From Camelus dromedarius (taxonomy: Eukaryota): a DNA stretch of 64,000 nucleotides. Of this stretch, positions 55,010-64,000 are shown one piece after another. The number at the start of each line of letters is the position of its first letter. Positions within the stretch are counted from its first letter, which is position 1. The position numbers and the translations under genes are program-made. The stretch spans positions 1,860,001 to 1,924,000 of the forward strand of contig NC_087437.1 of the NCBI RefSeq assembly GCF_036321535.1. Reading direction: 5' to 3'. Under the pieces are notes generated by a model. It made no database searches and was not told the origin of the DNA. It was given only the letters and a program-made list of their open reading frames with translations.

Positions 55010-55880
55010 TGATCCTGCGCGGCTCCTCCTCAGCCCCCTCAGCCCCGCTCTCCCGGCTCTGAGCCCCCCGGGGACGGAACCATACCGGGCCCTGGTTCTC
55101 ACGGTGCTCTGTCCCCTCGTCCGTCCGGGAAGGCCAGCTCCTGGCGATGATCGCTGACTCAGGCTTCCTTGGGAACTGCACCTCCGGAAACAGGGCACTT
55201 CGGCCGCCCCTCGCAAGTCTTTCCTTTCTTTACACCCATTGGGCCATGAATTCACAGGAGTGGGTTTTCGCGGGGCTTCTGCGGGGCTTCCGAGGGGCTG
55301 GCTCCTTCCCCTCGGCTCTCAAGCCGCCCGCCTCTGGCCCGGGGCAGGCTGCTGCCTCACCGGAGCCCTCTCCAGCTTCCCTCTTTCTCCGACCACTCCA
55401 CCGACACGAGTCAGGAAGCGCTTCGGCTCTGCGTGGCGGGAACCGGGCCCTTGTTCGTTCACAGCGATGCCGGCATTGCGCTGGGTACCGCCTCCGCCAC
55501 CGCTTTGTGGTGCCGTTCGCAGGGCCTGTCTTTTCGAACAGTACCTATGCCCTCGAAGGCTCCAACGCCCCTTTTCTTGTAACTCCGCGTGTATGGGGCC
55601 CCAGGAGCCACTCCACGTTTCCTAAAAGGCCTGGAGAACACACAGCGCGCACCGCTCCGCTTCCCCTCGGCGGCATAGGTCCCTTCTGGAAGCCACTGGA
55701 ACAAGGCGGGGCGGGGATGGGGGCGGGGGCGGTGGGGGGCCCGCCCCAGGAAGAGGGCGTGGCCACGGCGCCCGCCACAATGAAGGGGGCGTGGCCACGG
55801 CTCCCGCTCCAAGGACCCCGGGGCAGGCTGTCCTCCGCGCCGCCTGAAGAAATGCAGCCCCACGGCGCTGACGGCGTTCC
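55010..55880. promoter_or_regulatory. CpG island / probable TATA-less promoter with SP/KLF GC boxes
   Basis: The only extended CpG-dense, GC-rich stretch in an otherwise CpG-depleted window. GGGGCGGGG boxes at ~55708-55729, GGGCGTGGC twice at ~55755-55795, and an ETS-like CAGGAAG at ~55412. Confidence 0.88.
55361..55450 (-). other. Candidate non-coding first exon (5' end uncertain)
   Basis: Minus-strand donor CCG|GTGAGG at 55361/55360, inside the CpG island and downstream (on minus) of the GC boxes. Confidence 0.4.
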
Positions 55881-55958
55881 TCTAGAAAAGAAGTTTGAAT
55901 CCAATGATTTTTAAACCCTCGTAGCTCTGAAGTGATACTCCATGAGAAATAGATTTTA

Positions 55959-56053
55959 TATTTTGGGGTTGTTGTTAACGGAGGTCCTGGGGATTGAACC
56001 CAGGACCTCGTGCATGCCAAGCATGCGCTCTGCCACTGAGCTCTACCCTCCCC
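55959..56053 (-). mobile_element. Camelid Vic-1-type tRNA-Ala-derived SINE
   Basis: Minus strand reads GGGGAGGGTAGAGCTCAGTGGCAGAGCGCATGCTTGGCATGCACGAGGTCCTGGGTTCAATCCCCAGGACCTCC plus an A-rich tail, with A and B boxes. TSD is gagaaatagatttta (55944-55958) / gagaaatcggtttta (56054-56068). Confidence 0.9.
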
Positions 56054-57639
56054 GAGAAATCGGTTTTAAACTTCAATGTAAACTAGAAAAAAAAAAGAGT
56101 CTTGCCTGTGTCTCCTCAAAGAATTTTAGAAATAGTGCTAGCTCAGCTCTCAGGAAATAGTTTTCTTTGCTTTCTCTCTCTTGGTCCGTGTGTTCTCTGC
56201 CGAGCATTCTTAAAGAACTGGACCTATTGCTCCAATAGAGTCTGGTACATGGTACACACTTGATAGTTTTTAAATTTATGAATGAAGATAGGTGCTGAAA
56301 AGGCAACAATCTTCACAGTTTTCTACTCTAAAAGGGTCTTGTTTTATATACTGAGCCCTCCCGCCAGATTTTGTAATCACACCCACTTTTAACAAACTTC
56401 TGGTCAGCTCACTAATCTTCCTTTCCCTTTCAGTTAGAAGCAGACATTGCCCAACTAATCTCTAGGTAAGTAGTAACATAATTAAACTGAAAACCTAATG
56501 CAGTCATATTGTGCTTCATATGGTAGCAATTAATTACTCTCAGGAATAACTCTGGGCTCTATTTTGTGTGATCTACTTAAAATAACGTTATTACGTGCTT
56601 TTAGGTTTGAAAGAGATGATGTGAATGATCTTTAGTTACATATCTATAACTGAGGACTTATTATTAATGCCTGCACTGAATAACTTGAAAGAAAGATGAC
56701 TATTCCAAGAAAGTCTGGTTGCCAAAAAATAGTTTAGAAAGCCTGACTATCTAGTACTGAGTCATGGGGAGTGGGAACAAGTAAATTGATTTCACTGGAA
56801 AACATTCCACATGTAACACATGGTACATTTCAAATGACTGTCAAGGTCATATATATTTTTATTACATTTTGTTTTCCTACCCATTATTTGACAGGACCTA
56901 AAAAATTAGCCAGCCATACATAATAAACTGTACTCGAAGCATGTGCGCTCTTCGCATAAGAATATATTTTAAGTTGTATATCTGCCAGTTGGTAAGAGCA
57001 CATGCATTTTTGCATTTAAAATGTGATTCCACAATTTGTTTCCATTTGATGGCTAATTTGGGAAGATCTGCATGTGTGTTGGCCATTTAAAAATATTTTT
57101 GGTACAAAGAATATTTTGGCAATTAATTTGTTTTTATTACTAACTTGTACTGCTAAGACTATTAACAGGGTTGCAACTGCCCATCTATCCTCATAGATAA
57201 ATAGCTCTGAATTCTTTGTGCAGGAGCTGCTGAAGCTGGGCCACTGCCCCTTTGCCCACTCAGTGCCACCAAGAAACCTAGGGAAAGGATACAAAGGAAG
57301 TGTGCTCTCTGTATTCACATACATAATAAAGAGGTGGTACTGTATAGCAAGTGTTATTCTATCAATCAATCTGCTTCAGCTGTCCTTTTCTTTATATTAT
57401 GACAAAATAGAGGCAGCCTACCTGACTGTGTAGGGCTAGTTAGTGTGCAGAAAGCTAGAGCTTCCATTCAGGAATAAGTTTTTAAAGCCTGATTAAAGCA
57501 GGGGATACCATCAATTATCACCCCTCCCACCACACTTCCAGATTTCCCAGGACACCAATCAAGAGGTGTATCATAGAGGTAAGAAAAGCTTCCATCATCA
57601 CCTGTGTTTTTGGAAGGAGCAATAATAATAATGATGGAA

Positions 57640-57830
57640 GAAGCTGTGGTAGAAAAAAAGCCTTTTATACTTTACAAAGATTGTTCTTATACATTATCTT
57701 ATTGAAGAGAAAATTATTCTCATTGTACAGATAAGTTATTGTGGCTTAGAGAAGTTAAGTAATATGTTCAAGATGACACATTTAGTAAATGGCAGACCTT
57801 TTGGCTATAAATCCTATGCTCTATAAACTA
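57640..57830 (-). mobile_element. MIR SINE
   Basis: 'attattctcattgtacagataagttattgtggcttagagaagttaagtaatatgttcaagatgacacatttagtaaatggcaga'. Confidence 0.75.
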
Positions 57831-57974
57831 ATCACTTTTAGATTAAAGAAGAAAAATAGACCTGTTAATGTATCATTTCAAGTTTCAAGTGATTATTTCT
57901 TTAAAGATAATTCTTAGAAAGAAGTCTGAATGCAGAGTACATTTTGATCCTTACAATTAATCCCAGTCATTTAT

Positions 57975-59120
57975 ACCCCACAGCTAATATTATACTCAAC
58001 TGTGAAAAAAGAATTTCTGCTAAGATTAGGAGAAAGCCAAGGATGCTCACTATCCCAATTTATGTATTGGAAGTACTAGCCACAGTGATCAGACAAGAAA
58101 AAGAAATAAAAGGAATTCAAATTGGAAAGGAAAAAGTAAAACTGTCACTGTTTGCAGATGGCATGATAACTACACACAGAAAATCCTACAGATGCCACCA
58201 AAAAAACCATTAAAACTCATCAATGAATTCAGTAAAGTTGCTGGATACAAAATTAATATATAGAAATCCATTGCATTTCTATACCCTAACAACGAACTAC
58301 CAGAAAGAGAAGTTAAGAAAACAATCTAATTTACAATCACATCATAAAGAATAAAATACCTGGGAATAAATGTAAATAAGGAGGTGAAAAATCTCTACTT
58401 GGAAAACTGTAAGGTACTGATGAAAGAAGCTGAAGATGATGGAAACAGATGAAAAGATATACCATATTCATGGACTGGAAGAATTAATATTTTTAAATGA
58501 CCATAATTTGAAAGACAACCAACAGATTTAATGTAATATCTGTCAAATTACCAAGGGCATTATTCAGAACAAATAATTCTAAAATTTATATGGAAACAAA
58601 AGACCCACAATAGCCAAAACACTCTTGACAAAGAAGAAAGCTGAGGGTATCATGCACCCTGATTTCAAACTACATCTCAAAGCTATAGTTATCAAAACAG
58701 TATGGTACTTTCCCAAAAACAGATGCAGAGATCAATCGAACAGAACAGAGAGCCCAGAAATAAGCTCACACTTACATCGGCAATAAATCTACAAGAAAGG
58801 AGGCAAGAATATACAATGAGGAAAGGATAGCCTCTTCAAAAATGGTGCTGGGAACATTGGGAAAACTGGACAGCTACACGCAAAAAAACCAAATTGGATT
58901 TTCTCACACCATTAAGAAATATAAATTAAAAATGGTTAAAAAACTTAAATGTAAGACCTGAAACCATACAACTTCTTGAAGTAAACATAGGTGGTGTGCT
59001 CTTTTACATTGATCTTAGTAATATTTTTGAGATATGTTTACTTAAGCAAGGGAAACAAAAGTAAAAATTAAAAAATGGGACTGCATGAAGGCTTCTGCAC
59101 AGCAAAGGAAATGATCAGCC
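57975..59120 (+). mobile_element. LINE-1 ORF2 fragment (RT region), decayed
   Basis: Translation PTANIILN...[35 protein letters not shown] is the L1 RT FADD region, with downstream stops and frameshifts. Confidence 0.93.
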
Positions 59121-59940
59121 ACAATTTCCAGTTCCAGTTTCTTTAAAGTGGATTCTTACATAGAACTCTGAATGCAGACAATATTTTGATTATTACCATT
59201 TATCCCAGTTACTTAATTTGGCAATTTTTTTCTCGTTGGCAGCACTTTTCTTTCAGCAATTTGAAAATGTTATCTCTCTACCTTTGGTATGCACCACTGT
59301 TGATGAGAAACCACCTGTTCATCTTATTGAGTATCCCTGATATATGATGAGTCGCTTCTCTCTAGTTGCATTCAAGGCTATTTCTTGACCATAGCATGCA
59401 GAAATCTGTGTTATGTCTATGTGGAGTACACTGAACTTCTTGGATGTGTAGACTAATATTTTTTATTAAATTTGAGAAGTGTTCAGCCATTAGTTTTTCA
59501 AATAATTCTTCTTTCCATAAAGGCCTGAAATAAGTAAGCACCCAAAGTCTTTGCTGAGGGGCTCTATGTGGCCGTTGAGGCATACCCACGACTCTGAATT
59601 AGCCTTCCTCTCCTGCCTGTGCAGAGATTTAAGATCTGCCACAGGTGAGAGCATAGGCCCTTCTTACATCATTTTTAGCATGCGCAGAGCCAGGGATGAA
59701 TGCACAGACCTATGCATGTTCATAGACTACTATTTTCCCAGGAATCTACTGGAGCTTTTCACACGGTGAGCGGACTTCTCATTCCCCAGCTTTTCCTTTT
59801 ATACTTGTTGCTTAGCTTAAAAGTTTATTTCTTATACAATACTTCAAGCACCATTAAAAAAAATTATTTCTGGCACACACCCTTGAATTGGTAAAGGGAT
59901 TTTCACACTGGAACATTCCTAGTTGATAAATTTGAAAGAG
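59121..59940 (-). mobile_element. Older LINE-1 ORF1 remnant and 5' region (antisense)
   Basis: Minus translation EELFEKLMAEHFSNLIKNISLHIQEVQCTP resembles L1 ORF1. 59530-59940 resembles old L1M 5' sequence. Confidence 0.75.
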
Positions 59941-61714
59941 TAATTACTATGAAATCTTCATTTTTTTCATAGAAAGTTATTTTACCTCATTAACCAAGTA
60001 AAAATGTATACTACGTTTATCACAATGTCAAGGTGGTGATAAGAACAAATATATTCCCCCTTGGGGAATCCAATGGAAAAGCAAGAGGTAGATAAAAAGG
60101 TTTTAATTGATGACTGGTGGAGTATAGCTATGCGGATATTTAAAACAGAGAATGTGAGGTTTGAGCATAAAATAGTGGATTGATGCATGACAGAAAGATG
60201 TAATATATAGACATTATATCATTACATACATTAGGATAATTTATTACATATTATTATCTAAATAAGGATATATGTGTATCTATATATTATTATACACATT
60301 AAGATAAAATTACAGCAATATAAACATTAAAACCTAACAATCTAAAACACCAGCTTTGCCTTTATAAATAAAGAAGACTGTGTTCTACTTATGATTGTGA
60401 CTGGACTTAACTGTCCTTTTAAGTATGAAGAACATTTATTACAATCATTTATTTATCATTCTAACAGGAAAAAACAAATTCTTCATACAGAATATACAGA
60501 ACAACTGGTTTTCAATGATCAATTAAAAGTAAAATGTATTCTCATAATGGCATTTGTCAGTTTTTTTGTCTTCTTCAAAGTAAAAATCGATCATTTGGTA
60601 ATAACATGAAATAAAGATATGAATGTAATTTCAAATATTTTAGCTTATAATACTCTTTTAAATGTATTTGCTATTTAGTTGATTTTGAAAAAGGAAAAGA
60701 AAAGCTTCTATACATCTTCAACTAATTGAAATCATACCAAAAAAAAAAAAAAAAAAGAAACCTTAAAATATTGGAGCCAGTTGAGAAACTACAAATTTTC
60801 AAATACAGCAAATCATGATTTTATAATATCTTAATGTGATCTACTCTTGGGAAACATAGTTAACCAAACCTTATTTCTGTACAGGAAATATTGCATCATA
60901 CAGTTGTAATACATTGTGGTGAAGGCTTCCATCTGCAGATTTTTCACCTGCAATGCCCCATTGTTACTGTGGCTTACGGCATTGCATCAAGAATGCCTTC
61001 CTATTCGGAAGACCATCTAAGTACAAACAAGACCCTAAGTTCAGTTTTTATTTATCCTTGGTATTAGAATATGGTAAGTTAATAGTCCTGATAAATACTT
61101 TTTTAGCCTTTAAAAGGAAATGTGTAACATTCTTTTATTAGGATCTATGTTTGGGTTGTTTTTTCAAAAAACTTAACATATGACACAGTTATCTTAACAA
61201 TTTATCAAGCTGCCAAGTTTCAGGCAAATGCATGTGTGTAATATGATGTCTTTCAAGTTAATATTTACCATAAAGACAAATAATATATAAATATTAAGAA
61301 TTTCGGAGTCAAAACATACTTACAGCAGGGTCAAGTGTTCTAATTTTTGGTTTCTTTTAAAGAGACTACAAACCCTAATTCAATACTGTGCTCTAGTCTC
61401 AGCTCTACCTATTCAAGTATTTTACTCATCTGTATGGAATAGTGAGATGTACACTGTACACTGTGAAGAACGCTAACTAGGTATCAGGGGAGCTTAACTC
61501 TAATGTCAAATTAGTTGCACACTAGTTTTAAAACTTGAGTTGAAGTCAAAGACCCAATTTAAGCCTCACTCTTCTTACCCATAAAAAAAATCAGATGATG
61601 GAATAAGACAATTCCAGCTCTTTAAACTATAAAGTGATAAAGATAGTTATATATATTATATATATAATATATATACACACACACATATATATATTATACA
61701 CACACACACACAAA

Positions 61715-62050
61715 CTTATATCAGCTATGGAAGACACAGATAGTGTCTCTCTACTAACAAAGTGGCAGGCAAGTTTACCTCCTTTTCAAAAGATTCAGGT
61801 TCCCCACGTTTGGGGTTCCTTTCTTAGAATGTATCTCACTGTGTGTTTAAGTGTCACCTGGCTCTCTTCCTTTTACTCGAAGGGAACTGGGGCTTTCGGA
61901 ACTGGCACATGTGCAGACACTCTGTTGTCGGTAATACTCTGTCTTTCATCTCTGATCCAACATGCCCCTATTTTCTACCAGCATCAATAAGACTGTAGCA
62001 GGCTAAGTTGTTAACTTACAAATAAGCTAAACACTTCACAATTTTTGACA
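61715..62050 (+). mobile_element. ERV solo-LTR fragment (family uncertain)
   Basis: 'gggaactggggc...ccagcatcaataagactgtagcaggctaagttgttaacttacaa...cttcacaatttttgaca' resembles an old ERV LTR 3' end terminating in CA. Confidence 0.55.
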
Positions 62051-62427
62051 CCTACACTTTTTTTAGCATATATTTTACTATGTATCACATATATACAACA
62101 CATACATAAATGTATATGTAAAAGTGAAATTAATTAGCCCAGCAATTATACTTTGTTCACCAAATATTTATTGTTTCTAGGATAAGGGCAAGCTCAGGAT
62201 ACAGTGGTCAGCAAGGGAGACACACGTGGTTCGTGACTTCATGGAACTGACAAATAACGAACACAGAGTTAAGTACCTGACGTTGCCAGACATGATTTAA
62301 ATTGTGTTAAAACAATTTTTTAACCCAATTACTCCGCACATTTCTAGTAAATTTGAATCCATCTTTAGAGTCCAAATTAAAGTGGTTTAACTATTTATAA
62401 GTGGGAGGATTTATTTTCTCAAAGCCT

Positions 62428-64000
62428 AATAAATGTAAATAAGGAGGTGAAAGATCTATACTTGGAATATGGTAAGTTACTGATGAAAGAAACTGAAGAT
62501 GATGGAAATAGATGAAAAGATATAGCATTTTCATGGACTGGAAGAATTAATATTTTTAAATGACCATAATATGCAAGACAACCTACAGATTTAATGGAAT
62601 ATCTATCAAATTACCAAGAGGAATATTCAGAACAAATAATTGTAAAATTTATATGGAAACAAAAGACCCTCAATAGCCAAAACAATCTTGAGAAAAAGAA
62701 GAAAGCTGAGGGTATCATGCACCCTGATTTCAAACTAAATCGCAAAACTATAGTTCTCAAAACAGTATGGCACTGGCACAAAAACAAATGCAGGGATCAA
62801 TGGAACAGAACACAGAGCCCAGAAATAAGCTCACACTTACATGGGCTATAAATCTACAACAAGGAGGCAAGAATATACAATGGGGAAAGGATAGCCTCTT
62901 CAATAAATGGTGCTTAGTACTTTGGGAAAACTGGACATCCACATGCAATAGAACCAGATTTGATTTTTACACACCATTAAGAAAAATAAAGTAATAATGG
63001 ATAAAAAACTTACATGTAAGACCTGAAACCTTACAACTTCTAGAAGAAAACATAGGCGGTTGCTTTTTTACATTGATCTTAGTAATAATTTTGGATATAT
63101 TTACTTAGGCAAGTGAAACAAAAGTAAAAATTAAAAAATGGGGCTGCATCAAGGCTTTTGCATAACAAAGGAAATTATCAGCAACAATTTCCACTTTCAG
63201 TTTCTTTAAAGTGGATTCTTTGAAAGAACTCTGAATGCAGACAATATTTTGATCCTTACAATTTATCCCAGTTACATAATTTGGTAAATTATTTATCATT
63301 GGCATCTCTTTTCTTCAGCAAATTGAAAATATTATCTCTCTGCATATGGTCTCCGCCACTGTTGATGAGAAACCACCTGTTAATATTATTGAGCGTCCCT
63401 TATATATGATGAGTCGCTTCTCTCTAGTTGCATTAAAGGCTGTTTCTTGACTATTTCTTGCAGAAATCTGAGTTTTCTCTATGTGGAGTTCACTGAACAT
63501 CTTCGATGTGTAGACTAATATTTTTTATTAAATTTGAGAAGTCTTCAGCCATTAGTTTTTCAACTAAATCTTCTTTCCATAAAGGCCTGGAATCAGTAAG
63601 CACCCACAGTCTTTGCTGAGGGGCTCTATTTTGCCATAGAGGCATACCCTCAACTCTGCCTTAGCCTTCCTCTTCTGCCAGTGCAGAGACTTAAGGTCAG
63701 GCAGGGCAGAGAGCACAGGCCCTTCTTACAACATTCTTAGAATGCACAGAGCCAGGGATGAATGCACAGACCTATGCATGTGCATAGACCACTAGTTTCC
63801 CTGGAATCTGATGGAGCTTTTCACACTGTCTTTGGACATCTCATTCCCCAGCTTTTCCTTTGAAGCTTGTTGCATAGATTAAAGATTTATTTGTTATCCA
63901 ATGCTTCAAGCCCCATTTAAAAAAATTCTTTCTGACATACACCCTTGGATTGGTAAAGGGATTTTCACACTGGCACATTCCTAGTTGATAACTTTTGAAA
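62428..64000 (+). repeat. Second copy of the composite L1(+)/L1(-) block at 58365-59937
   Basis: Colinear match with offset 4063 at both ends. It includes the same sense/antisense L1 junction. ORF2 remnant PDFKL..K.IV.KTVW.W.KN and ORF1 remnant ATREKRLIIYKGRSIILTGGFSS. Confidence 0.93.

Larger units (their letters stand above)
56434..61073 (+). pseudogene. Candidate decayed multi-exon gene or spliced lncRNA (identity unknown)
   Basis: AG...GT-bounded segments at 56434-56465, 56605-56780, 56895-56991 and 60885-61073. Additional acceptor at 57223/4 and donor at 57578/9. The frames contain stops and no protein was recognised. Confidence 0.35.

Noticed and set aside
55147..55914. 255-aa ORF and overlapping 119-134 aa ORFs on both strands
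   Set aside because: Expected from stop-codon scarcity in a GC-rich CpG island. The translations are A/G/P/R-rich and contain no recognisable domain.
55980..56053. tRNA-Ala gene
   Set aside because: It has an A-rich tail, a TSD, a non-standard 5' acceptor region and GGC at the anticodon position. It is better explained as a tRNA-derived SINE.
57944..59120. Active reverse transcriptase or novel retroelement
   Set aside because: Ordinary L1 ORF2 with a mutated catalytic motif (FADG), stops and frameshifts.

Overview
Mammalian genomic DNA, most likely camelid. The evidence is a tRNA-Ala-derived Vic-1-type SINE with a target-site duplication at 55959-56053, a decayed second copy near 29.4 kb, and cetartiodactyl-type L1 3' ends. 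About 1-55 kb looks intronic or intergenic and is rich in old interspersed repeats (L1, L2, MIR, MaLR/ERVL LTRs, Tigger1, MER20/58/81/94), several of them nested. A CpG island with GC boxes at about 55.0-55.9 kb is a probable promoter, possibly bidirectional. Beyond about 56 kb the sequence is more AT-rich. It contains a cluster of plus-strand exon-like segments with canonical splice signals but interrupted frames, and a diverged direct duplication of a composite L1 block (offset 4063 bp) that runs off the window end. I recognise no intact protein-coding gene, and the supplied ORFs are chance or repeat-derived. I found no convincing novel biological system. The best leads are the duplicated/exon-like block next to the promoter, a recursive-splice-like AG|GTAAG site, and a hairpin that buries a 5' splice site. 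Repeat family names come from recalled consensus sequences, not from a search, and boundaries are approximate.
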